Origin: Podarcis pityusensis
Taxonomy: Eukaryota
NCBI GenBank assembly: GCA_964106645.2
Contig: OZ067054.1
Strand: one strand, 5' to 3'
DNA: 64,000 nucleotides
Numbering within the stretch: the first letter of the stretch is position 1; each line of letters starts with the position of its first letter. A program made the position numbers and the translations under genes. Under the pieces are notes generated by a model. It was not told the DNA's origin. It did no database searches and worked only from the letters and a program-made list of their open reading frames with translations. Below, piece after piece: positions 24,801-35,300 of this stretch.

Positions 24801-24879
24801 TGTCTTCCTCCTTCCCCCTGCAGGCTGCTCCTTGAAATTCCTTGCCGACAATGAGCGTTACACGTGGATTGTCTTATGA
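8322..24879 (+). CDS. DCAF15: DCAF15 (DDB1- and CUL4-associated factor 15), 5'-partial gene, coding exons 2-13: join(8322..8419,8538..8673,11647..11753,12375..12511,12993..13163,15430..16008,18972..19063,20510..20638,22846..22931,23692..23796,24320..24435,24824..24879)
   Basis: Spliced translation [21 protein letters not shown]...YTWIVL* matches DCAF15. All introns are GT-AG. The exons total 1812 nt = 603 codons + stop. The C-x2-C...C-x2-H zinc site (CPSC...CLQH) and FPTFQPAFQ are conserved. Confidence 0.97.
8538..8673 (+). CDS. DCAF15: DCAF15 exon 3
   Basis: tttgcag|G...ATG|gtatgg; [45 protein letters not shown]. Confidence 0.96.
9640..10200 (+). mobile_element. Highly degenerate L2-like LINE ORF2 (endonuclease region) remnant
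   Basis: acccttgacctggtc (TLDLV) motif and surrounding L2-like sequence; boundaries approximate. Confidence 0.4.
11647..11753 (+). CDS. DCAF15: DCAF15 exon 4
   Basis: cttcag|GTA...AA|gtatgt; [35 protein letters not shown]. Confidence 0.95.
12163..12325 (+). mobile_element. tRNA-derived SINE, degenerate (Squam2-like)
   Basis: atagcttagtggtggagcac...ggtgcaatccctgg A/B-box-like head. Related copies at about 34495-34680 (+) and 42368-42479 (-). Confidence 0.6.
12375..12511 (+). CDS. DCAF15: DCAF15 exon 5
   Basis: ggtag|T...CCAG|gtgagt; [45 protein letters not shown]. Confidence 0.95.
12993..13163 (+). CDS. DCAF15: DCAF15 exon 6
   Basis: cctag|GT...TCAG|gtaag; [56 protein letters not shown]. 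Confidence 0.96.
13810..14610 (-). mobile_element. L2-clade LINE fragment
   Basis: ORF 14369-14569 [43 protein letters not shown] is L2 RT C-terminal sequence; tttatttattt tail at about 13810. Confidence 0.8.
15110..15235 (-). mobile_element. CR1-type 3'UTR remnant
   Basis: aagagtctgctgggtcgagccagtggcccatctaatcc is the reverse of the CR1 tail motif seen at about 26590-26645. Confidence 0.55.
15430..16008 (+). CDS. DCAF15: DCAF15 exon 7 (579 nt, mostly low-complexity linker)
   Basis: tttcag|AT...GTTG|gtaagt; contains [25 protein letters not shown] and [10 protein letters not shown]. Confidence 0.94.
18275..18407 (-). mobile_element. tRNA-Lys-derived SINE with CR1 tail (Squam3-like)
   Basis: Minus strand reads cagtcagtagagcatgatattcttaatctccagggtcatgggtttgagc followed by ccttccaactctacaattctac. 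Confidence 0.7.
18825..18858. repeat. (CT)n microsatellite
   Basis: About 17 CT units, roughly 110 nt upstream of DCAF15 exon 8. Confidence 0.95.
18972..19063 (+). CDS. DCAF15: DCAF15 exon 8
   Basis: tttcag|AA...CAG|gtgagg; [30 protein letters not shown]. Confidence 0.95.
19307..19427. mobile_element. Fold-back MITE, PIF/Harbinger-like
   Basis: 26-bp TIR GGGTTGTAT(T/C)CA(G/A)TGCTAGTCCTATT, 3-bp flanking duplication AGA. Confidence 0.7.
20510..20638 (+). CDS. DCAF15: DCAF15 exon 9
   Basis: ttccag|GGC...GAG|gtagga; [43 protein letters not shown]. Confidence 0.96.
21390..22155 (+). mobile_element. Non-LTR retrotransposon 3' end (CCHC zinc knuckle), interrupted by a Sauria SINE
   Basis: [42 protein letters not shown] from 21400. 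A 3'UTR with aataaa and a (tatc)-like tail resumes after 22026. Confidence 0.65.
21672..22026 (+). mobile_element. Sauria SINE
   Basis: Closely similar to the 4017-4359 copy; acctttacct tail. Confidence 0.92.
22846..22931 (+). CDS. DCAF15: DCAF15 exon 10
   Basis: cctag|GTG...AG|gtgagt; [28 protein letters not shown]. Confidence 0.95.
23692..23796 (+). CDS. DCAF15: DCAF15 exon 11
   Basis: tcacag|G...AG|gtaaga; [34 protein letters not shown]. Confidence 0.95.
24320..24435 (+). CDS. DCAF15: DCAF15 exon 12
   Basis: cttag|T...AAAG|gtaact; [38 protein letters not shown]. Confidence 0.96.
24824..24879 (+). CDS. DCAF15: DCAF15 exon 13 (terminal coding part)
   Basis: ctgcag|GC TGC...TTA TGA; [17 protein letters not shown]. 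Confidence 0.95.
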
Positions 24880-25430
24880 GGCCAGGTTCAGAAGCAAAGC
24901 TTACATCAGTAGTTCATTTCCTGCCATAACTGTGTGTCACATTCAACTACCTCCCTTGTTAAAAGTTTTTAATTTCCCTATCCCTTTTGACTAGACAGTT
25001 GCCCCAATGACCTTGAGTGCATCTTAATTGATTTGTGGGTAGAACCACACCCTCTGCTTCATTGTCTCTACATGTTGGGGGGGGGGAATACAAGGCTGGT
25101 CCAGACGCTCTGAAAAGCCTGCCTCTCCATGTAAGGTAGTCGTACTAGTTGGGCTACACAGGCTCCAACAGAAAGCAGCTACTTCTGTGCAGTTATGTCC
25201 ATTTGTACTTGGTGAAACTGCAAGGAGACTCTTAAGAGGTGAGTCTTCTACAGGGTTTGTCCTTGGGCCCAGAAAATGAATGATTCCGGGGCAATGATTG
25301 TTAAGGAGACCAAAACCAACTTCCCTGTTTTGAGTTTCAGTGTTTCAGGACCCCCACCCCCCAGGGGATGGGGCCACAAATGTGTTTTTCATTCTTTTAA
25401 TTTGTCTCAAGCAGGCTTTCTCTTCCCTGC

Positions 25431-25436
25431 AATAAA
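25431..25436 (+). terminator. Probable DCAF15 polyadenylation signal AATAAA
   Basis: AATAAA about 550 nt after the stop, with U-rich sequence upstream and GU-rich tgttattgtttc downstream. A second AATAAA lies at about 25787. Confidence 0.6.
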
Positions 25437-26484
25437 CATTTAAATTTGAGAATGGCTGTTATTGTTTCATTTAATCTTTGAGAGGAAAAAACTCCTGTCA
25501 CTTCCAAGGCTATATTACATTGCAGCCAGAGACGGGTTTAGGGTACTTCAGCTGGTTCAGCTATGTTGGGTGCCACAACAATGATGTAGAACAGAGTATG
25601 AGAGGTGGGGTGCAGAATTTTAGTGTTGCACAGGGTGCCGCTGAAATTTGAGAGCCCAAAGTCCACCACTACTGCAGCAGCAGCAAGGTGTATGTATATT
25701 CCCAAAGCCACCGTCTGCAAACTTAGGAGATGCTTGTGCAAGCTCAAGATGCCTTTTTGCCTCTTTCAACGCAAGGCGATAGTGAAAATAAAGAGTGGTC
25801 CAGTTTTGCATTGTAGCAGCTTAAATGTTTTGTTTACACCCTGCCTTTCTTCCTTATAATTCAAAGCAATGTACACAGACTTACTAGCTGGAGTATCAAT
25901 GCTCAGACTTGCTAAGGTTCAGCAAGGTTGTATTGTATCATGAACTTTTTGACCATATTCTGTCTGCCATTAACTTCTACTTTCTCATACTATGGCACAA
26001 TTTTTTTTGCTGCTTTCAAGAGGGAGGGGAGAGATCGGAGAAGGGAAGAGTGGCAAGATTCATGATGGATTGGGGGTGGGGAGGCATTACTTCCCCACCA
26101 CTGAGCAGTATTCACTTGAAATCAAAGCTGAGATTTCTTCCTACACTGCAAAGCAGATATTAGCACATTACCAGCAAAACCACTAAAAGGTTGCAGTTTC
26201 AAGGCTTTGTGTCCTGGATTTCATAGAAATTCCTTCTATACAAGTGTGAATACCTCACAGTCCTATAACTGCTGCTATTTGAGAAGTCTTATTTCAGAAA
26301 AAATTGCTTGAAATTCTTTCCTGCTGGCTGGTAAACCACTCTGGCATTGCTGTTCTTCATATATAGCTGGTACAGGACTCTTTCAGCAGCAGCTACAGGA
26401 TAGTGAACAACTGAGAAATAGCAAAAGTAAGCCAAACAGGTGTCTGGTACTCTTAAATGAGAAGACCCCATCTGCTTCTGTGTT

Positions 26485-26648
26485 TGTCCAGCTGGAGGCA
26501 GAATACCACTTGCTGGAAACTACAGGAGGGGAGAGTGCTCTGGTGCTCAAATCCACTTGAGGGTTTCCCTGGTCGGCCCCTGGGAGAACAGGATACTGGA
26601 CTAGATGGGCCACTGGCCTGATCCAGTAGGCTTGTCTTATGTTGTCTT
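26485..26648 (+). mobile_element. CR1-type 3'UTR remnant
   Basis: ggatactggactagatgggccactggcctgatccagtaggcttgtcttatgtt tail. Confidence 0.65.
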
Positions 26649-27068
26649 CCCTGTAAAGTGGCTGTTCTAGGGCCAAGCTAGATGAAACAGGCAATTAATA
26701 TGCAATATTTAAAATATAGACACTGGGAGGAGGGAGTGTTGAGTAGAATCTGAACCATTGAGGAGCTAATCAGTCCCCCTCCTTGCTGTGGTTCTGATAA
26801 AGATCTCTCCACTTCCCACTCTAAAAAGCTGAGAGGGAAGCTTCTTAGATGGCAACTTGCTTCCTGAGGCTAACAGCTTTGAGAGTGCAGATGATGAAAT
26901 TAAAATAGCCAGGTTTGCAGTGGCTGTAAACTATAAAAACTAAAGTTTACTGCTTATATGCAGTGGGTGTCCTACCTATTAGCCAAGTCGAGGTTTGTGC
27001 AGAGGATGTCAAGTCAAGGTTGTCCTCCTCTTAGTTTAGTATAGCTGGACTAAAAGTGAAGGTAAAAT

Positions 27069-27127
27069 TTTATTTTGGTAAGAGTAAGCAAGCAGCATCC
27101 TAGGCAAAGAACACGGCTGAATTTATT
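27069..27127 (-). terminator. Candidate RFX1 distal polyadenylation signals (two AATAAA on -, 27122-27127 and 27069-27074)
   Basis: These are the first canonical AATAAA I find on - after the RFX1 stop. An AU-rich block (about 27290-27660) precedes them and GU-rich gtgttctttg follows. Confidence 0.5.
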
Positions 27128-28966
27128 TCTTAAGAAAGAACTACAAAAGGTAGAAAACAGCTTTTTCACTCCAGACTACACACACGTACATCATCTGACC
27201 ACAGGCACTGCCCATCTCATGGACCCAGGACACCTACAAAGCTCTTCAAACTCCACTTGAAGTCTATAGTGCAGCTAAAGCTGCTGCTGCACAAAAGATT
27301 GACACAAAATATATATTTTATACAATATGTAGATTTGCAATAAACATCTATATCACAGGTTTAAAACACTGGAAAATTGAACAAATAAGGCCATGATGGT
27401 TGAAAAACCCAAAAATATCAAGTAATTTATCTTCACCAATCTCACAATATTTAGGTGGTTTTTAGAACAAGAATTAGTAATTACATATAAAAGCACAGAT
27501 ATTTTTTTTCTGTTTAAAACTAGAATATCTAATATTCAGTTACAAACCAGAAGAGTGATTACTTTCTTTAGAGTAGGAAGTAACCAAACCTGTTTGCTTA
27601 GTTACTAGCACAGAGGGAACAGAGGACTGGTTTCTTTTAAAAAGTGAATGCGGTGTTCTCATCTAGCAAGTATTTCTGCAGTCTGGAGCATCCAGACTGA
27701 GTTGAACCTGCTGATTGATAACTCTCCTTAGCTGCTCTGCAGCTAATCTTGGTGGACAGAGAGAATCTTGGTTCAGAGGGAATGGGTGTTGGCTTTGTGT
27801 AAGGCAGCAACTGAATAAAAAGGTAAGCTCATTCATGTTGTTGAGTCCTGCGTGATTGGTAGATCCAGCGTTCTGCACAGTTCAAAGAGGGGAATAGCTA
27901 GCTTACAGAAGCAAGGTTTTTGCAAACAACATGATCCATTTTCCATATCAAAGTTAGGACTTTTCTAAAGCTAAAGCCAATCTGCATACATTTCAGAGAG
28001 CAAGAACTAGGGGAATGCTGGAACAGATGAGTCTCATTACTTGGAACCTTGATTTACAGCCTGTCCCTTCCTTTCAGATCACTGGTTTATATGCCTGATG
28101 GGAGTACGAACCTTTCATCTCTGATGGGCGTATCTTGCTTTGTCAGGTGTGTGGGTATGTTCACATGCCTGACAGTGAAGTTAATCAGCATGCATAACCA
28201 GAAACATTTGAACACACTGCTTTGCTGTGAATTGTTAGTAAAAGCAGCAGAAGAGGCAGGTATGATAAATAAGGTGCTTCTCTGACAGGGCAAGTGCTTA
28301 TTTCTGCAAAGTGGGAAATGGCTATGAAGCCTCTGGTAAGGAAAGAAATATGCCTCTATCACCTGCATCCTACTTGCTGTAGTTCAAAATAATGAAGAGG
28401 TGCTTTGTGCAAATATCTCCCTTCAAGGTAGCATTCTGCTACAGGAGCAAAGCAAAAGTTTTGGCACCTGTGTTTTTCCTCTAGTCAGTCACTTCAAGGA
28501 GAAATTTGCTGGCCCACAAGCTGGGCAACTCTCTTAAGTAGCCCTTCTCTAGACTAGACTGACTGATTGCACTTTAATTGGGACTACAGAGGGGGGGGGG
28601 TAAGTTCCTATTTAGCACACTATGCACTTGCTTTGCTGCAACAACTGCAGAGGGGATATCTCGCTAGAAGGACCAGAAAGCCTGCCTATAATCCCGGTAC
28701 TTGTAAAACCCATGTGCCGCTAAGCAAGCTGGCACATTTACATGATGGGGGTGATACGGAGGTGCTGTGCTCTAGGTAATTACAGCAGCTTAATATAGTT
28801 GGGTGCAGCTAAGAGCAGCCACCAGCCTATTTGGCTGAGGTTGGGGATACAATGGTAGTGGCTAGAACAATGGGATTCTCTGGTTTCTGCTGTGAGGCAG
28901 GTAGCTTCAGTTAGTCTATTTTACATGGAGAATTTGGACAAACCAGAAAAGAGAAGAACCGGAAAG

Positions 28967-29153
28967 CACTGGCGGAGGAAGAGGAGTGTGGGGGGAGCGC
29001 ACCACCCCTGGCAGCGCAATCTCAGTGGGGTGCCATCGTGACTCTGCCCCCACCCCGCGCTGGGCGCCATGCTCCCGGGATGTGCGCCAGCCCCGCCCCC
29101 ACCTGGTCTCCACCCCCACCTCCCCGGTGCCGGAGAATAAAGCGCCACCACTG
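28967..29153. mobile_element. GC-rich hAT-like non-autonomous element
   Basis: Ends cactggcggag / cgccaccactg; 8-bp TSD ccggaaag / cctgaaag. Confidence 0.7.
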
Positions 29154-30451
29154 CCTGAAAGCCTCAAATCTCAGTCTTACTGGACTACCAACTATTATTA
29201 TTAATTAATTAAATTCCTATGCCACCCTTTATGAGCACCTTTATATGACGACGAGGGTTAAAAGATTTACATGAAGTATCTATTGGTAAGGAGAAAGGTT
29301 TCAAGGAGCTGAGGGACTACAAGGATGGTCCTGAGAGTTTCCTCCTCGACCACTTGCTTTGGTGCACATCCCTAACTTAAAGGCCCACAGATCTTTCCTT
29401 TTGCTACCCTAGGTAGAGGTGTTTTATAGGAAACAGGAGTGCAGCATCAACCACTATGATTTGGATTCCTGGAGTGGGCGATGCTAGTGCCTGAACAAGT
29501 CTATGCTGAAAGCCAGCAATGAGCAAAATGTTTGTTGAATCCCACCTTCCAGACCCGGGTAGGTCAACACACAAAGATAACGAACAGCAGCTACACCTTT
29601 CCTGGACACAGTCTTCATGCCTTGTTACAAGCAGCTGTAATGGGTAAGGACAAACCCACTGTTGTAAGCTCTGAGCCTAGGCACTCTTCAAACTACTGCT
29701 TGTAAGGGGAGGAAGAAGCTAGCATTTACAATTGGAGATAGTTCTGCAGTGATCTCTACCCACCCAAGTACTTCAGTTTGCTTTCCCTTTGACCTTTCCT
29801 ATCACAGGACCAGTGTAATCAAGTAGGTTGCATCCACATGATTACCATCCAAATTTTGTACCCTAATAATGCTGCAATGTGGCTGATGGTGGGCTGTTAG
29901 CGTGGATATAGGCTTAGATAAAAGCATACTCTGTACCACAGTTCCATTGGTTATAGTAGCTCCTACACTGAATCCCACCTGACTGCAGTGTATCAAGCAG
30001 GCTTTGGCCTTCAAGCACTCACAAGAGGACTGACTAACCCTATCCTATGCATTGTGACAGCCGTAATAAAACCATAAGTGGAATCAATGTATCCAGACCC
30101 TGTTACTTGGTTAATGGAAGGTCTTCCCCACCCCGCCCTCCACACCTGCAAAAGCTAAGTATTTGTCTGCCACTGTTGATTGCATTGAAAAGCTAGCCTT
30201 GCATAATGGTCAGACGCTTAACACAGACAGGTGAGTTAGCCATGTCTGGCAGAAGGCGGTACTGCTTATGCCACCATTTTGCATGCCGAGAAGCCCAACA
30301 CTGGAAAGTTTTATAATTAGTGCAGCTAATTATCTGGCGTGGCTGAAATGCGACAACATTTTGTCACAGCTGTACCAGGAGTCCAGTGCAAAGGACACTG
30401 ACTCAAAGATCCTACTAGTACTGCATCCCATTCCTACTCAAGACACTAAAG

Positions 30452-30580
30452 CAGGGATGGGGGAACCTTTGGCTCTCCAGATGCCGCTGAACTTCCATCA
30501 GCCCCAGATAGCATAGCCAGAGGTCAGAGATGATGGGGGTTCAGAGTCCAACATCTCAAAGGCCACATTCCCCATCCCTG
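30452..30580. mobile_element. hAT-type palindromic MITE, degenerate
   Basis: TIR cagggatgggg / ccccatccctg; same family as 50219-50354. Confidence 0.7.
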
Positions 30581-32219
30581 ATTTAAAGAGAACACTTAGC
30601 CTGACTTTGGGTTAACAACAGGTAGGGCTTCCTGACTTGTCACAACGGATAATCAAATCTGCCCAGAGAAAAATTTCTGGCCAGTCACCAGCAGCAGCAC
30701 CAATCAGCTTAAAACTGCATACAATAAAGCTAATCAGGAACAGTAAAGCATCTGAGAACACAGCTGCTTCATGCCTTCTCTGCACCCAAATGTAGCAGCA
30801 GGAGTACAGAAGGGGTAGAATCCAAAGAGTTTTGCAGTGAGAGTTCAATTGCATGTTAGGAAAGAAATATCTGTAAATTCAGACATGCTTACTGAGAATG
30901 AAAAAGGGGGGCAGGGCGGAAATCAAGCTAAGCAATGGGTTGGTTGGTTGGATGGAAGGAGTTGTTCAGAGCAATAAGCCCTGGACAACTTCTAAGCAGC
31001 TGGAGAATGAGAATTAGTTGTATTAAAAACCAGAAATTGTCAGGCATAGAGCCAGGGCCACCCACTGTGGACCGTAATACTGCAGCGTTGCAGCTCCTCT
31101 TCTAATGAGACCCTGCCTGCTGCAAGGAGTCTGCAGGCAGTTAAGGTCTGACTGGGCTACAAAGACAGTACAGCATGTGGTGCATGCCCACACATGCATG
31201 TGGTCATTAGGCACATGTCCGTGGCAAATGGGAGCTTGGATACCATTGTGACAGTACAGGTACATGCTGCCCTCTTCAAAGTATCATCTCACACATCCAT
31301 TAGCTTGAGGCAGTCCTAAGTCCAGTAGCACACACCACACTTGAGAAAACCCATTGTTGCATTTAGCCACTGTCCTAGAACACAGGAAAGAGTAACCCAG
31401 GATCCATGTTGAAGCTATGGGATGAATACAGCACAGCACCTCACCCCAAAACAGGCACAATTCTTGTTGCTGGGAGTTCTAAACCCAAGCACTGACCACT
31501 CCTCAAGTTCCTTGATGCTCAAACCATGAGCCCAACAGCCTCCAGAAGTACAAAACTAAGGCAGATGCCCAGGAACAACAGAAACTCCCAGGCAGACACA
31601 GGAAAAGTTCCCCATCATCTAGTGACATTCAGCCTGATCTGAGGAAGCAGCTGGAGTGCCACTTCCCAGGCAGCCATCTCTGTGACTCATCTGGCTACCC
31701 ATATAAAGAAACGTAGGGTTACTAGATACTGTGCATAGCCTAGTCCTTGCCAAGAGACAGTAATGGCTAGACCCCAGGTGAACCTACCCCAGTTTAATAA
31801 CTGAATAGCACTCACTGCTCTGGGAGCGGAGACCGTGGGGGCTGGGACTTGTGCCTGGGCAAGCACCCCCTCCAACTGACAGTGGAAAGCAGCCATGGAT
31901 GAGGGGCATGCGGCAGAAGGGCTAAGCCAACTTCCAGGGAACCCAGGTTATCAGAGCAGCAGCTGGAATGAGGCAGAAACCAGCCCCTTCAGTGCTGCTA
32001 GGGGCTGGGAAGGCTGTTGGGGTGAGTGCTCCTAACTGGGGGCTTGCTTGGGCTACACTGGGCTACAGGTGAGACGGAGAGGTGTGAAATGAAAGCGCGT
32101 TGCATACCACTTGGAGATAGGGAACAGCTCATCTTTATCGCAGGGCAGCGCAACGCAGCGCAAGGTGCATCCTGGCCTCCTGCCGGCCACTTGGCAGTCA
32201 GTCCCTCCTGTGCTGCTTT

Positions 32220-32386
32220 TTAACTGGAGGGCAGTGCTTGTACAAAGATGCCCCGGGAGTCTGTCCGTGCCAGCTTCGAAGGTGGCTCCATAGACTCTGC
32301 TGTTAAGCTGCTGGACTCGTTGGAGCTGAGAGATAATTCTTGGGGCATTTCTTCATCACTCTCGTCTTCCTCTTCCTCTTCCTCAT
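32220..32386 (-). CDS. RFX1: RFX1 exon 21 (terminal coding part)
   Basis: [54 protein letters not shown]. Confidence 0.95.
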
Positions 32387-35300
32387 CTGATTTAGAAAGA
32401 GAGATGGTTACAGCAATCCTGAGACTTGCAGCCTGATTGAAAGAACCTGAGGACTGATATAATGCAAGAACCAGCCTATTTTGTCCCCTCAATCCTCGGA
32501 GATGTCTTTTCCAAACCACAGCCTGGGTACCCCCTCAAGTCCAGCTGACAAAGAACAGCAGGGAACTAGACAGTCATCAGCTATCAACTTGGAAGCCTAA
32601 GTAAAATCCACCTATTAGCCATGACATCTAAATAGAGCCTCCATGCTCAGAGGTGAAATATTAATATAAATATCACCTACCAACAGTTAAGGCCCATCAC
32701 CTACTTGCCTTTTATAAGAGTTTCTGAGAGGCACCTGGAAGGCTCCATTCAAGATATAATGCTGGATTAGACCTTCAGTCTTATCCAGCAAATGTAAAAG
32801 GTCTTAAATACTTATATTAAAGTGTTTGTTGCTACCACTGACTCCTTCCTTTGCCCAAGTCTTCTTCCTCAGGCCAGAGAACTTGGGGACAGGGGAGAGT
32901 ATTGTACTGCCTGTGGGAAGACTGCAAACGGGACTTTAGCACAGCAACACACTCTCTACCAGTGATTCCCAGCAGCTGGTATTTTGCTAGCAACTGGCAT
33001 TAAATGAACAGGTGATGATGTAAATACACCCTCCACAGCTCCAGGGACAGTTTGTAACACAACCAGTCCCTTCCTGACTGAGCATCCCCTTCCTTCCTTC
33101 CTTCCTTCCTTCCTTCCTTCCTTCCTTCCTTCCTTTCTCCCTCTCTCTCTCTTACACGTTTTGTTTGTTTGAGGATCACCTTCCCTCAGGGCTAATTTGT
33201 CGAGCACATGCTGCTGAGGCCAGCACCAAAAGTGGATCTTCTGCCACCCACTTTTCTCCTTTTGCCTCTTCTTCCTCACCTAGAAGAATGTTCTTGCCAG
33301 GTCTGAACTGAGGACTTACAGAGGGCGTTTTTTTTAAAAAATAGGTCAAGAGCTGCATGTCCCTGCTTCATATCTACAAATTCTTCACTTCTAACCACAC
33401 ACAGGGGATTGCTACCATCTTACAGGTGGGGAAAAATCTGAAGTAAAGAGAATGAAATGGGACCAAGGTCATTTTGAATTCATAGCTTCACTGAGCTTGA
33501 AGCCAGCTAATGAGCCCTTGATTTCATTCTGTGTTCTGGTCTTGCATCCAGGAGAGCAGAAAGACCTGTCCAGTACTGTAAGATTCTCCAGAAAAAGAGG
33601 GCAGCCACAAGCAAACCAAAGGACAACGCAGTAATCAAACTTGTCTCTTTCTCTCTCTATGTAATTTGTTTTAAACTTTTTAATCTTGTTTTTTAAATGG
33701 GTCTGAGCCCCCGCCCCCATGAAGGGTGGTTAATAAATCCAAAGTCATAATGATGTATGGTTTAGAAAGCCGACATGATTCAGAGCTGAAAAATCTGGGC
33801 TCCAATGCTGGCTTAGTTCTTGAATTCAGTGAATAGCCTCAGGTAACCTCCCTCCTTCAGTTTCTCTTTCATACTAGACAAATGGGAAGAGCACTACCGC
33901 CTCACACATTGTAAGTGGGAGGGAGAGTAATGGCCCCAAAGTCTCTAACATCTACCACTGACAAAGCCTAAGCATTTGGCCTCCCGAGGGGCTGGGCGAT
34001 ACCTTTATCCGGATCCAAGGGGTTCAAGGAGCTCGTCAGGTTTGCAAACTTAAAAAGAAACAAAGAAAACACACATAAGGATCTTCCCACATTATAGACT
34101 ACTCTGCCTGTAGCCTAATGCTACCTCACACAGCCCTTCTATGCTGGTGGGCCCTGCTCTTTTTCTCAGGCAGAGATCTGGGATAGGGGGAGAAGCAGTC
34201 CAGAGACCCACCCCCCTCTCCAGAACATGGCAATGAACTCTCTGTGGCCTAAAAATTGGAGGTGGTGGTGGGGCACTTCTTGTTTGCATTTCACTGATTT
34301 CTTGACCTCCACACAAGCATCTACCAGCTAACGGAACATGGATGGTAATTCTTGGATTAGGCACGGCTCCACACTCACTGGTAAGCACTGGGCAAGCGAA
34401 AGTGTCTCATGCTAGTGTGCGGAACTTTTAAGACCACAGTCTTAAACTAAACATGTTGGGCTCTGTATACAAACAGAGGCACAGATTCAACATTTCTGTA
34501 GCTCAGAACTAGAGCACATACAAAAGGGCCAAGATTTAATCCCTGACCTGCCCAGTTAGCAGAATCTTAAGATTGGGTTGGAAGAGGAGACTAGAGATTC
34601 ATAAAAATTACAACCAGAGAGGCATTATCGACCAAGATGGATCAATGATTTGACAAATATAAGGCAGCTTCATATGTCCAAAAGCTCCCTGGTGTCAACA
34701 GGGGGGAAGATTCTTGATTCTGACATCCCAGCCAAGGGCATGTCAATCAGAATGATTCTAGCTCTTTAAGCAAGATTTTCCAACCTCAAGTCCAAAGCCC
34801 ATAAAACCTACCTCTCCCATGACAGCAATGGGAGTCTCTCCCTTGGCCTGGGCCACACGGTGCTCTATCAGGTAGTACATGTACTCATCATAGAGGAGGC
34901 GGATGAGATGGAAGGAGCCAAAACTGGCTGCGCTCCGCAGGGTCAGATCCCGAATCACCATAGAGCTGGAGAAAGAAGGAACCCAATGCTGCAGTTACCA
35001 TGCAGGCAGCAGGGAAGGACTTTGCAGTGCCCTGTGTGAGGCCAACCCCCCCCCCCATATCTTCCATTCTGTGTGTGCACTACGCCATAGTTGCAACGCA
35101 CTGAGCACCCCCCCCCTCGGCTCGGCACCCAGTGCAGGAGAATCAGTTGCAGGGCCCTAAATCTGCATCTGCAGGCAGCATCACAAGGCACGTAAACCAC
35201 CCTGTTTCACAGGCATGGCTAAACAGCAGGGGGGGGGGGAGTCTATGGCTGAGCCGGGTGTGAGCCCAAAACCAAGCCCAACACTCTGCTTCTCACCTTC

